Source of the DNA: an uncultured Pseudomonadota bacterium
Lineage (GTDB): Bacteria; Oederibacteriota; Muellerivitia; Muellerivitales; Muellerivitaceae
Length of the DNA stretch: 64,000 nt
NCBI GenBank assembly: GCA_963843375.1
Contig: CAWJKT010000009.1
Coordinates: 96,001 to 160,000, forward strand
Reading direction: 5' to 3'
Position 1 is the first letter of the stretch. Each line of letters opens with the position of its first letter. The notes under the pieces are model-generated. The model ran no database searches. It saw only the letters and a list, made by a program, of their open reading frames with translations, and was not told the origin of the DNA. This document shows positions 1 through 9,508 of this stretch, in pieces. The translations under genes and the position numbers were made by a program.

Positions 1-223
1 CATCAATCAGCTGGCCCGCGACATCATCGTTCCGCCCAACCGTATCAGCGGCATCGTCAACGCGGGCCGCGCGATTACGGCTGACACCGCTTTGCGTCTG
101 GGGAAGTATTTCGGTGTTTCGCCCGAAACCTGGCTCGCTCTTCAATCGGATTACGACCTTCGCCTCGCCCAGCGCGCCGGTTGGGTAAAGATGGAACCGC
201 GCATACATGCCCATACGGCTTAA
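1..223 (+). CDS. higA: HigA-family antitoxin (5' truncated by window edge)
   Basis: Manual translation from base 2: INQLARDIIVPPNRISGIVNAGRAITADTALRLGKYFGVSPETWLALQSDYDL..., typical HigA HTH with ITADTALRL motif; stop at 221-223. Confidence 0.85.
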   Translation, partial: INQLARDIIVPPNRISGIVNAGRAITADTALRLGKYFGVSPETWLALQSDYDLRLAQRAGWVKMEPRIHAHTA

Positions 224-274
224 CAGCTTGTTAAGCTTAACCCTGGTCCGGGTACACTTTGAAGTGTTTCGGGT

Positions 275-302
275 TGTCCACGACGGGGACCCTTCGTAGC
301 AG
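275..302 (+). repeat. Palindromic putative recombination site 1
   Basis: TGTCCACGACGGG-GA-CCCTTCGTAGCAG; right arm partly degenerate. Confidence 0.85.
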
Positions 303-345
303 TTAAAGCCCCTTTTGAGTCCAGGTTTAACCAAAGTGATATCAA

Positions 346-885
346 ATGAAACCTATCGAAACCCAACGTCTTGTGCTTCGCCAGTGGAACCCTTCGGATC
401 GGGAAGCCTTTTACAAAATGAATTCCGACCCCGTCGTGATGGAATATATGCCAAAAATCCTTACCCGTGAGGAAAGCGACGGGCTGATGGCCCGGATTGA
501 AGAACATTTTGATAAACACCATTTCGGCCTTTGCGCGGTCGAGGAGAAAGAAACCGGAGCCTTAGTCGGCTTCATGGGCCTTTCCGTTCCCCGTTTTGAG
601 TCCCACTTCACTCCCTGCGTTGAAATTGGGTGGCGGCTGGATAAGGCTTTTTGGGGGAAGGGCTACGCGACGGAGGCCGCTGTGGCCACGTTGGCGGCTG
701 GGTTCAATCTATTTGGCCTGGAAGAAATCGTCTCTTTCACGTCACCTTTGAATCAACGCTCCATTTCGGTGATGAAACGATTAAAAATGACAAGTAATCC
801 TTGGGACGATTTCGAGCATCCGGCGCTTCCGGAAGGGCATCCCTTGCGAAAACATGTCCTTTATAGGATTACCAGATCGGTATGA
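346..885 (+). CDS. GNAT (RimJ/RimL-like) N-acetyltransferase
   Basis: IETQRLVLR start, EIGWRL..FWGKGYATEAA motif. Confidence 0.9.
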   Translation: MKPIETQRLVLRQWNPSDREAFYKMNSDPVVMEYMPKILTREESDGLMARIEEHFDKHHFGLCAVEEKETGALVGFMGLSVPRFESHFTPCVEIGWRLDKAFWGKGYATEAAVATLAAGFNLFGLEEIVSFTSPLNQRSISVMKRLKMTSNPWDDFEHPALPEGHPLRKHVLYRITRSV

Positions 886-893
886 TTATTACC

Positions 894-921
894 TGTCCAC
901 GACGGGGACCCTTCGTGGACT
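894..921 (+). repeat. Palindromic putative recombination site 2
   Basis: TGTCCACGACGGG-GA-CCCTTCGTGGACT, 8 bp after the GNAT stop. Confidence 0.9.
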
Positions 922-1105
922 AAAAAGTCGGATATTATCCAGTGAAAAGCATTTCCCCAAAACAATTCCCGCCTCCATTTCGTTGAACCCGTTCCCATAA
1001 GTTGAAAAAATCCTTTATTTTCGGGCCTTGACGAAAAAAACGAGGGTTCCTAATTGTATTTCCACTAAAGGTGTTGTTTTCAAAAAACAGTAAGGAGGAA
1101 TAACC

Positions 1106-1552
1106 ATGAATGGTTCTGGTCTTTTACCCCAAGGTTTTAAGATGGACAAAAGTCAATGGGGCCGCCTTTTGGACGATGTTTTGGAAATGCGGCCCGGGTT
1201 TAACCTTCAAGGATTTGGGACCGGCTGGGTGCCGCCCTTTGACGTGGAGGAGAACCAGGATGAGTACCGGTTTTACGCCGAAATGCCGGGCATGAAACAG
1301 GAGGATATCAAGCTTTCTTTGGCGGAAAACATCTTGACGGTTTCGGGCGAGAAAAAACCGCCGTATGACACCGAAAAAAGGAATTTCCACAGGTTGGAAA
1401 GATCCTACGGTACATTCCAGCGAAGTTTTTCCCTCCCCCACCTTATAGACACCAACAAAATCAAAGCTACCGTCAAGGATGGAATCCTGGAGATTATCGT
1501 TCCCAAGAGTGCGGAATCGAAACCCCGAGCAATCGCTGTAACCGCTGGATAA
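1106..1552 (+). CDS. Hsp20/alpha-crystallin small heat shock protein
   Basis: PPFDVEE..AEMPG..LTVSGEK..ERSYGTFQRSFSLP..DGILEI.VPK; RBS AGGAGG. Confidence 0.92.
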   Translation: MNGSGLLPQGFKMDKSQWGRLLDDVLEMRPGFNLQGFGTGWVPPFDVEENQDEYRFYAEMPGMKQEDIKLSLAENILTVSGEKKPPYDTEKRNFHRLERSYGTFQRSFSLPHLIDTNKIKATVKDGILEIIVPKSAESKPRAIAVTAG

Positions 1553-1561
1553 TCAAGGGTG

Positions 1562-1598
1562 AGGCAGGGCATTGCGGTGCCCTGCCTTCCTTTCTGTT
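1562..1598 (+). terminator. Probable intrinsic terminator after hsp20
   Basis: AGGCAGGGCA-TTGCGG-TGCCCTGCCT followed by a T-rich tract. Confidence 0.6.
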
Positions 1599-1829
1599 TA
1601 AATTTCTGGTTCAAGGAGGAATTATGAACCTTCTTCGATCAACTGAATTAACACGACGCTTTCTGCAACACCGGCGCTTGAGCCGCCTTCGGGACTTTAT
1701 TTCTCATCCCCGGAAGAAACTCTCCAAAAAAGACGGCAAGGATGAGGATATTCCTAAAAATCCCTTTAGCGGGAACCCGCCTTTCGGCGGAATTCCCGCT
1801 TTGGCGTTTTAACCCACGGTGGTTCGCGA

Positions 1830-2721
1830 ATGTGGCGTTGGATTGATCAATTTTCCATTCAAAAGCTGATTTCCTCTTCCATCTCCAAGAGGCTTGTCGT
1901 CTTTATTTCGCTTTCTTTCCTCCTTCTGATCGATCTCTTGGATTATTTGATTGGCGGATTGCTGCATCTCACGGTCTTTCTCTTGGCACCTGTAGCCTTT
2001 GTCACCTGGAACATCGGCATTCAAAGCGGCCTGTTGTTTTCGGTCCTTTGCGCCAGTTACTTGATGGTGGATTACGCCCTCCATCCTTTGATGTTTCCTC
2101 ATCCCTGGGTCGTATTGTGGGACGACGACCGTCATGACCATTTATTTCTCTGTTATTTGCCTCATTTTGACTTCCCTGAAGAGTGAGATGGACAAGGCCT
2201 TACAAAAGTCCAAAACCGACGCTCTGACGGGACTCATGAATTCGGCGGCTTTTTATGAAATCGCCGAACAAGAAAGGGAACGTTCCAACCGTTACCACCA
2301 TCCCTTCACCCTTTGTTTCCTGGACTTGGACAACTTCAAGAAGGTGAATGATATCTATGGGCACCTGATGGGGGACAAACTGCTCAAAAAGGTATCGTTG
2401 ATCCTACAAGGCCAGGTGCGATCTAGCGACCGCGTCGCCCGGCTGGGCGGGGACGAATTCGTTGTCCTGTTCCCAGAAACTGGGCCGGAGGCCGCTGAAA
2501 GATTGAGCTCGCAATTGCACCAAGCCATTAACACGTGTTTAAAAGAGGAGTTTCCTCTGGTGACCCTCAGTATGGGAGTGGTGACCTATTACGATGTGCC
2601 CGAAAAAATCGACGAGATTGTTCATGCCGCCGACCTTTTGATGTATGAGGCGAAAAAATCCGGTAAAAATTCACTCCGTTGTCAGACGGTCGGCTTGTCG
2701 GCAGAAGCGGCGCGGGAATGA
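1830..2721 (+). pseudogene. Membrane-anchored GGDEF diguanylate cyclase split by a frameshift near 2120
   Basis: Hydrophobic ORF 1830-2186 overlaps ORF 2134-2721, which carries DALTGL, DLDNFKKVND and RLGGDEF; real indel or sequencing error. Confidence 0.7.
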
Positions 2722-2855
2722 ATTTTGCAAAAGCGAAAATGAATGCCGGAAAAATAAACTCTTGATTTTTTTAAAAAAGGTTCCTAATAAAATTTTTAAA
2801 AGTTGGCTGAACAATGAATGGTTAAATTTTTAAAAAGAAGAAAAGGAGGCCTGTC

Positions 2856-3815
2856 ATGAAACGTATATTGATCGAGACAACCGTAGTTGCCGCTGTAGCT
2901 GTTGGGCTAGCTTTCGCGTTACCTTCGCTGACCAATCTAACTTATGGCGGTACCTCGCCGACTCCCGCCGCCCAATCCAACGAAAAGTCTGGCGTGAGCC
3001 AAAAGGTCGGGAACGGTCAAAATCCACAGGGGCAAGTCGCTGACAAAAGGAAGCAAATTACTTCCGAGGCCATGGCCGCTATTGAGGAAACCAGGAGCGC
3101 CTTGAAATGCCTGGATGAAAATAAGAAGGACGAGGCCCTTCATGCCCTTGAGCTGGCCACCGGAAAATTGGACTTGATCCTGGCCCGGGACCCCAATCTG
3201 GCCCTGGCTCCAACCCGCGTGAGCGAAGCGACCTATGATGTTTACGCCGATATTGACAAGGTAAAGACCGCTCGCGGGGACGCGGAGGCCTTTTTGGTGG
3301 CTGGGAAAGTCCCGGAAGCCCGCCAGATTCTGGACGCCCTTCGCAGTGAGACGGTCATCAGCGTCTCGAATATTCCTCTGGCGACTTATCCCGATGCCAT
3401 CAAAAAAGCCGTCAAATTCATAGACGATGAAAAAATGGAAGACGCGAAGGATACGCTCCAAACGGCTTTGGATACGCTGGTCGTGACCGATACGATCATC
3501 CCCCTCCCAGTAGTTACAGCCCAGGATATTTTGAAAGACGCGAAACAATTGTCGGAGAATGACAGCCGCTCTGCGGATGATAATAAAAAACTGAGCGAAC
3601 TGCTGGCTGAAGCCCGTTCAAAATTGGAATTCGCCCAAGCCCTCGGATACGGTACCAAAAAAGATTTTAAGGACTTATACGGTGAGCTGGATGTGATTAA
3701 GGAAAAAACTGATTTTGGCAAGTCGGGAAAAGGGTTTTTTGACGATGTGGAGGCTTCTCTCAAGAAGCTGTTCGAAACCTTACAACCCATTAACCATTTT
3801 TCCTCTAAGGGATGA
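2856..3815 (+). CDS. YfdX-family protein (secreted)
   Basis: Signal peptide; LELATGKLDLILARDP, IPLATYPDAIK and LEFAQALGYG motifs. Confidence 0.8.
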   Translation: MKRILIETTVVAAVAVGLAFALPSLTNLTYGGTSPTPAAQSNEKSGVSQKVGNGQNPQGQVADKRKQITSEAMAAIEETRSALKCLDENKKDEALHALELATGKLDLILARDPNLALAPTRVSEATYDVYADIDKVKTARGDAEAFLVAGKVPEARQILDALRSETVISVSNIPLATYPDAIKKAVKFIDDEKMEDAKDTLQTALDTLVVTDTIIPLPVVTAQDILKDAKQLSENDSRSADDNKKLSELLAEARSKLEFAQALGYGTKKDFKDLYGELDVIKEKTDFGKSGKGFFDDVEASLKKLFETLQPINHFSSKG

Positions 3816-3881
3816 TCTGATACAAATTGGAAAGGGGGTGGGATATGAATTGAGTATAGGCATAACACAACTTAATGATTG

Positions 3882-3920
3882 AAACTCCAGCGCTTTTAGC
3901 GCTGGAGTTTTTTATTTTTT
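3882..3920 (+). terminator. Intrinsic terminator
   Basis: AAACTCCAGCGC-TTTTA-GCGCTGGAGTTT plus poly-T. Confidence 0.8.
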
Positions 3921-3966
3921 AAGGTCTAAGTTTAGAAAACGAATCAAAGATATAATTGAAAACCGT

Positions 3967-3994
3967 TGTCCACTTCGGGGAGCCGTCATGGACA
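3967..3994 (+). repeat. Palindromic putative recombination site 3
   Basis: TGTCCACTTCGGG-GA-GCCGTCATGGACA. Confidence 0.8.
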
Positions 3995-4012
3995 AGATCG
4001 GAAAGGGGAACT

Positions 4013-4267
4013 ATGAAGAAATCTGTAACGCAGCGCCTGAATAAAAAAATGGTCACACAGGCTGGTGGTCCGAATACAGGGATTGAATTCTTAAAAATCC
4101 CCAAGCCCGCGCAAAGAGCCCTTCTCAACAACGGCATCCATAATATTGCCGATCTTTCAAAAAGAACGATTGAAGAGGTAAAAGAGTTTCATGGGATCGG
4201 GCCTTCGGCCTTTCCGATTTTGAAACAAGCGCTTCAAAAGAACGGGCTGACTTTTAAAGAGTCTTAA
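4013..4267 (+). CDS. Small helix-hairpin-helix / RNAP alpha-CTD-like DNA-binding protein
   Basis: KPAQRALLNNGI..IADLSKRTIEEVKEFHGIGPSA; ATG 4013 after RBS GAAAGGGG. Confidence 0.75.
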   Translation: MKKSVTQRLNKKMVTQAGGPNTGIEFLKIPKPAQRALLNNGIHNIADLSKRTIEEVKEFHGIGPSAFPILKQALQKNGLTFKES

Positions 4268-4296
4268 TAACCTGCTGTTTTAAACTCGATGGAAGT

Positions 4297-4324
4297 TGTC
4301 CACGATGGGGACCCATCGTGGACA
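4297..4324 (+). repeat. Palindromic putative recombination site 4 (perfect 13-bp inverted arms)
   Basis: TGTCCACGATGGG-GA-CCCATCGTGGACA. Confidence 0.92.
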
Positions 4325-4346
4325 GCCAAAAAAGAAAGGTGATCGA

Positions 4347-4532
4347 GTGAATATAAAAGGATTTAAATATTCCATTGTAGACTTCTTCCAAAATATCCTT
4401 TTTGTTGGTTTGCTTGCCATAATTTCAATTGTTTATGTCAAGGAGGCCCTTGGCCTAGATCACCATGGAAGAATCTCTAATGGAATTCTTTGGCTGGTAA
4501 TGCCCTTACCCCAAAGTTCGATCCAAATTTAA
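4347..4532 (+). CDS. Small AT-rich hypothetical membrane protein
   Basis: GTG start after GAAAGGTG; one hydrophobic segment. Confidence 0.4.
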   Translation: MNIKGFKYSIVDFFQNILFVGLLAIISIVYVKEALGLDHHGRISNGILWLVMPLPQSSIQI

Positions 4533-4869
4533 GTTAGTTAAGGCCCGACTTTTCAGCCATTGCTTTCATCGGAGTCTTGCCACACAAACTGTTGTGACAC
4601 CCGCGCCGTCCAGTGGTCCCTCGCCACGTTGATCGGGCTAAAAAATCTTCTCCTGCATAATCCTCAAAGCCTTGGGTGTTTAATAAAAGAACATTGTGCT
4701 TTTATCGACTGAAACCCGGCGTTTTTGTCCCGATTTGTTGAAAAAACCGGAAACCGCTTCGCAAACCGATCCTAAACGGGAAATGAACATTTCGATTCTT
4801 TTCAAAGCTTCGGTTTTGTTCATGCTGGGCATCCTATCGTTTGCGACTGGATTTCAAAATAACCAACTG

Positions 4870-4885
4870 GGTGACTTAAGTCACG
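4870..4885. promoter_or_regulatory. Crp/Fnr-family (HcpR-like) operator
   Basis: GGTGA-CTTAAG-TCACG upstream of the DUF2249 operon; near-identical context at 14879. Confidence 0.65.
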
Positions 4886-4949
4886 GCGTTAAAAAGGTCT
4901 GTGCCATAAACTGGAACCATCGTTGAAGATTATCAAGGAGGAACTAGTC

Positions 4950-5774
4950 ATGGGTAATACGGTCCAATTGGATGTCAGGAATATAATGCCGCGAGAGCGA
5001 CACCCGAAGATTTTCGATATGTTCGACAAATTAAAGGAAGGAGAGTCCTTTGAACTGGTCAATGACCATGACCCTAAACCCCTTTATTACCAGTTCGTGC
5101 ACGAGCGGCCCAACCAGTTCAAGTGGGAATACCAAGAAGAAGGCCCCGAAGTTTGGAAAGTATCTATCCTCAAAACGTCCAATTTTTCCAAGGCAGAAGT
5201 CTCCCCCCAAACCGAAGTTAAACCCAAATGGGCAGCTTCTCTCGACTCGTCCCATGAAGTCTTGTTAGATGTTCGGCCCATGATTGAAAAAGGAGAAGAA
5301 CCCTTTCAGGCCATCATGAAGGCGGTCAAAGGCCTTGGGGATGGCCAATATCTCCGATTGGTCAACTCTTTTGAGCCCGTACCTCTTTACGCAGTATTGG
5401 GCAAGCAGGGATTTGAGATTTTCGCCGAAACAAAAGACGGTATCTGGAATATTTATTTCAAAAAACCTTCTGGTAAAGGTTCGGTCCCACCGGCTGGGGT
5501 GAAAACCGATTCCCCTTCGGATGACCTCTTTGACCGGATGGTGGTTCGCAAGCCACGGGTGGAAGTGGATGTTCGGGGGCTTATGCCGCCCGAACCCATG
5601 ATCCGGATTTTCGAGGAGTTGAACTCTCTCCCTCCGGGTGGAGTGATTTTTGTGCATCATCACCGGGAGCCGGTGATGTTGTACGACAAATTAAGGGAAA
5701 GAGGTTATGAGGGCGTAACCCGCAAGTTGGGAGACTCGGACTACAAGGTCCTCATCTGGAAAAAGGAAGGATGA
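4950..5774 (+). CDS. Triple DUF2249-domain protein
   Basis: Three LDVR...DHDPKPLY / SFEPVPLY / HREPVMLY units. Confidence 0.85.
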   Translation: MGNTVQLDVRNIMPRERHPKIFDMFDKLKEGESFELVNDHDPKPLYYQFVHERPNQFKWEYQEEGPEVWKVSILKTSNFSKAEVSPQTEVKPKWAASLDSSHEVLLDVRPMIEKGEEPFQAIMKAVKGLGDGQYLRLVNSFEPVPLYAVLGKQGFEIFAETKDGIWNIYFKKPSGKGSVPPAGVKTDSPSDDLFDRMVVRKPRVEVDVRGLMPPEPMIRIFEELNSLPPGGVIFVHHHREPVMLYDKLRERGYEGVTRKLGDSDYKVLIWKKEG

Positions 5775-7120
5775 CCATGGAAGACTCCGCTGTTCTTAAA
5801 ACCCAGTTGCCACCACCGGTGCCTTCGGCATCAACGACCATGCCTTCTTTTCAAATGGCACCGTCCTTCCGGTTGGTGGGGTTGTACCTGAGTACAGGCA
5901 TCACTATTTTCATAGTCCTTTGCCTACTTTTGGCGGTTTATTCCTCCGAATTAAAGGGTGAATTTTTTCAGGGGCGGCTCTTAGGTCTCACCCACCTGAC
6001 GGTGCTGGGCTGGGTATCTATGGTCATTTTCGGAGCCTTGTTCCAGCTGGTACCTGTGGTTTTCGAGGCACCTCTGTTCAGCGAACCCCTAGCCTTCATC
6101 CAATATGCCTTGTTCCTGCCGGGTCTTTTGGGAATGGTCCTGAGCTTCTGGAATTTCAAATTGGGGATTCCACTTCTTGTTTCGGCGGCTTTGACGGCCT
6201 CGGGCTTTTTACTTTTCATCATCAACGTAGGCGTCACACTGGCCCGCGCTAAAAGCCGTTCCCTAACCGGTCTTTTCATCGGTACTGGGCTTTTTTACTT
6301 GGCCCTGACCGCCACATTAGGATTTCTCTTGGCCTTGAACCTAGCCTATCCCTATATCGTACGCCGCGACCACTTGGACCTTTTGAAGATCCACGCCCAT
6401 TGGGGGCTGGCCGGATGGATCGGCATGATCATCATGGGCGTGGCGTTGAAACTCATCCCCATGTTCAGCCTAGCCCACGGCTTTTCCACCACGCCAGCCA
6501 AATGGGCCTACGGGCTTTTCAACGCGGGGCTCCTGGGACTGGCCCTGGGCTGGTGGATCAACCCGGAGGGATGGATAGTAAAAATCGGGGGCGCCCTGCT
6601 CGCCTTGGGGGTGGCTTTTTATCTTTACCAGGTATATTTCATCCATCGATCCCGCTTGAGGCGCATGCCCGACGTGGGGATGCGGTACTCGCTTCTGGCA
6701 TTCTCGCTACTTTCCGTGGCGGCGGGAATAGGGCTCGGCCTTCTTTTTTTTAACTTTCAGGATGGATGGCGGGATGGAGCGGTCCTCACTTATGCTTCGG
6801 TTCTACTGTTGGGGGCCTTCTCGCTCCTGATTGTGGGCCAGCTTTACAAGATCGTTCCTTTCCTCGTCTGGTTTCACACCTACTCCAGCCAAGTAGGACT
6901 AAAGCCGGTCCCGCTCCTGAAAGACCTATACAGCGAAAAAGTGGGGAACCGCCAATTCTGGCTGATGAGCGTGAGCCTGCCCTTTCTTTGGGCTGGAATT
7001 TTTTTTAATCAGGACTCCCTGAGGCTGGCCGGATCTATCGGCCTGGTTTTATCGGCCGTCTTCTTCGGCTGGAACATGTTCAACCTTTTCCGTAGGGGGT
7101 TTTCCCATGGCAACAGCTGA
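5771..7120 (+). CDS. Polytopic membrane protein, heme-copper-oxidase-subunit-I-like DUF2249 partner
   Basis: THLTVLGW..FGALFQLVPV, HAHWGLAGW, GQLYKIVPFLVW; many TM helices. Confidence 0.7.
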   Translation: MTMEDSAVLKTQLPPPVPSASTTMPSFQMAPSFRLVGLYLSTGITIFIVLCLLLAVYSSELKGEFFQGRLLGLTHLTVLGWVSMVIFGALFQLVPVVFEAPLFSEPLAFIQYALFLPGLLGMVLSFWNFKLGIPLLVSAALTASGFLLFIINVGVTLARAKSRSLTGLFIGTGLFYLALTATLGFLLALNLAYPYIVRRDHLDLLKIHAHWGLAGWIGMIIMGVALKLIPMFSLAHGFSTTPAKWAYGLFNAGLLGLALGWWINPEGWIVKIGGALLALGVAFYLYQVYFIHRSRLRRMPDVGMRYSLLAFSLLSVAAGIGLGLLFFNFQDGWRDGAVLTYASVLLLGAFSLLIVGQLYKIVPFLVWFHTYSSQVGLKPVPLLKDLYSEKVGNRQFWLMSVSLPFLWAGIFFNQDSLRLAGSIGLVLSAVFFGWNMFNLFRRGFSHGNS

Positions 7121-7403
7121 GGAAATCCGCCAGGCCCTTACCTGGGTCATTGACCCCGAAATCGGTCTCAACATTGTCGATTTAGGCCTCGTCTACAACA
7201 TCGAGATTGAGGAAAAAAAAGCCGTTATTACCATGACGCTGACTACCCAAGGCTGTCCCATGCACGACAGCATGAAGGTGGCCGTAGAGAACGTGGTCAA
7301 ACGCCTGGAACCGGACAAGGAAGCGGAAATCCGGGTGGTATGGGACCCGCCTTGGACACCGGAAATGATGACTCCGGGTGCCAGGAACTACTTGGGTGTG
7401 TAG
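7107..7403 (+). CDS. DUF59/SufT-PaaD-like metal-sulfur cluster assembly factor
   Basis: VIDPEIGLNIVDLGLVY..MTLTTQGCP..VWDPPWTPEMM. Confidence 0.9.
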   Translation: MATAEEIRQALTWVIDPEIGLNIVDLGLVYNIEIEEKKAVITMTLTTQGCPMHDSMKVAVENVVKRLEPDKEAEIRVVWDPPWTPEMMTPGARNYLGV

Positions 7404-7449
7404 GGCTCCGCAATGGGGTGAATATCTCTTAGGAATGAGGAAAGTTTTC

Positions 7450-8895
7450 ATGAATGAACCGATGATTATTCAAGGAGGCATGGGGATCGCTGTTTCCAAT
7501 TGGAAACTGGCTAGGGCCGTAGCCCTATTAGGCCAATTGGGAGTTGTCTCCGGGACGGCATTAGAAAATGTCATGGCCCGCCGGCTTCAATTGGGGGACC
7601 CGGATGGTGCCATGCGCTGGGCCTTAGAACGTTTTCCAGGTAAAGGCATCGCCCAAAGGATACTAAAGCGATATTTTATCGATGGCGGCAAAGCAGATGG
7701 GGTTCCCTTTAAAAACGCCCCCATGTTCTCCCTCAATCCGCCCCAGGAACTCCTGGAGCTGACCGTCGCGGCTAATTTCGCGGAGGTTTTTTTGGCTAAG
7801 GAAAACCACAAGGGGTTGGTGGGCATCAATTATCTTGAAAAAGTTCAGTTTCCCACCCTGCCATCCCTCTTCGGGGCGCTCCTGGCAGGCGTGGATTATG
7901 TCCTCATGGGCGCCGGAATCCCAAGGGCGATCCCGGCCATATTGGACAAACTGGTTTCACACCAGGAAGTAAAGTTGAAAATCAACGTGCATGGAGCCGC
8001 GTCCGGGGACGATTTTCACGCAACCTTTAATCCAAAGGACATAATAGTTTCCCCTCCGGTTAAATTAAAACGCCCCAAATTCATCGCCATTGTATCCTCC
8101 GAGGTGTTAGCGATGACCCTGGCCAAAAAATCCACGGGACGAGTGGACGGGTTCGTCATCGAGGACCCCACGGCGGGTGGGCATAACGCCCCACCAAGGG
8201 GATTGCTTCAGCTGAACGACAAGGGCGAACCCATTTACGGTTCTAAAGACAAAGTGGATCTGGCGACATTCCGCAAGCTGGGATTGCCTTACTGGCTGGC
8301 CGGTTCTTGCGCGGACCCGAAAAAATTAAAAGAGGCGCTGACCCAAGGCGCGGCGGGCATCCAGGTGGGAACGGTTTTCGCCTATTGCGAGGAATCCGGA
8401 TTGGATGAAAGCATTAAGAGAAAGGTATTTGAAAAAGCCTTAAGGGGGAAGGCGGAAGTTTTTACCGATCCCGTGGCATCACCTACGGGTTTTCCTTTCA
8501 AAGTTGTCCGACTGGAAGGCACCTTGTCCGAGGTGGAGGAGTATGCGGCCCGGCCCCGGATTTGCGACTTAGGTTACTTGCGTATAGCTTATAAAAGAAA
8601 AGACGGTTCGGTTGGTTACCGCTGTCCAGGGGAACCGGTGGAGAGCTACCTGCAAAAAGAAGGAAAAAAAGAGGACACAAAAGGAAAAAAATGCGTTTGC
8701 AACGGACTTTTTGCGGGAATTGGATTGGCACAGGAACAAAAGGACGGGTATAAGGAAAAACCACTGGTGACCTCGGGGGACGATTTGTCGCGTATTACGG
8801 CATTCTTAAAAGGGAAGAAGCTTTCCTACAGCGCGGCAGATGTGATTGAGTATCTTTTGAATTCTTCAGAATTTTCGTTGCCTCACGTTGTTTAA
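7450..8895 (+). CDS. Nitronate monooxygenase-family flavoprotein
   Basis: PMIIQGGMG, GAGIP, AGGHN and GIQVGT motifs. Confidence 0.8.
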   Translation: MNEPMIIQGGMGIAVSNWKLARAVALLGQLGVVSGTALENVMARRLQLGDPDGAMRWALERFPGKGIAQRILKRYFIDGGKADGVPFKNAPMFSLNPPQELLELTVAANFAEVFLAKENHKGLVGINYLEKVQFPTLPSLFGALLAGVDYVLMGAGIPRAIPAILDKLVSHQEVKLKINVHGAASGDDFHATFNPKDIIVSPPVKLKRPKFIAIVSSEVLAMTLAKKSTGRVDGFVIEDPTAGGHNAPPRGLLQLNDKGEPIYGSKDKVDLATFRKLGLPYWLAGSCADPKKLKEALTQGAAGIQVGTVFAYCEESGLDESIKRKVFEKALRGKAEVFTDPVASPTGFPFKVVRLEGTLSEVEEYAARPRICDLGYLRIAYKRKDGSVGYRCPGEPVESYLQKEGKKEDTKGKKCVCNGLFAGIGLAQEQKDGYKEKPLVTSGDDLSRITAFLKGKKLSYSAADVIEYLLNSSEFSLPHVV

Positions 8896-9023
8896 GCTGA
8901 ATCGGGAAAGCGAATTGTGCGGTGATCACTGTTTCTTGGGCCGGTTGCTGTCCCTTACGCACCGCCAACTCGGTATTGCGTATGAAGATTTATCTAAAAA
9001 AACTAATGAAAGCGGGGTGCAAG

Positions 9024-9467
9024 ATGAAACGCGAGAAATTTCTTTGGCCATTGAGCCAATCCCATCACGACGCATTGTTATTGACAAGGAAAATAAGGGA
9101 AAGCTTTTCTGGTCCGAAACATGATGATAAAAATAAATTCTTTCAAGAACTTTCAGTTGAAGCAAACAAGTTTTTCAAGGATGAGCTAATTCAACACTTT
9201 TGGGATGAAGAAAGAATATTAGGTCTTTTTGAGTTGAGGATGGGAAACGGCGATCCTGACGTTGAAAAGATTAGAAAAGACCACCGCTTTCTGGAGTCGC
9301 TCCTGTCTCATAACACCCAAGAAAGCCTTCTTGATTTCGCTGAAACGCTTACTTCCCATGTCCGTTTCGAGGAGGATTTATTTTTCGGACGGATCGAGAA
9401 AGTCTTTAATGAGTTGGATAAGAAACTCGCGGGGGAAATTCTCAAACACCAGCCCACTTTATCGTGA
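9024..9467 (+). CDS. Hemerythrin-domain protein
   Basis: HH..L, HFWDEE, DH, HVRFEE motifs. Confidence 0.75.
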   Translation: MKREKFLWPLSQSHHDALLLTRKIRESFSGPKHDDKNKFFQELSVEANKFFKDELIQHFWDEERILGLFELRMGNGDPDVEKIRKDHRFLESLLSHNTQESLLDFAETLTSHVRFEEDLFFGRIEKVFNELDKKLAGEILKHQPTLS

Positions 9468-9508
9468 TCTGGACCTGGTTTCTGGACAGGTAGTGTCATA
9501 AAGAGGCG

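Noticed and set aside
1624..1812. 62-aa ORF after hsp20 with GGAGG RBS
   Set aside because: May be real, but no recognisable features; not enough support for a call.
4591..4620. GTTGTGACACCCGCG..AGTGGTCC as a degenerate site (similar TGTGACACCGCG at 15723)
   Set aside because: Lacks the GGG-GA-CCC core and arm symmetry.
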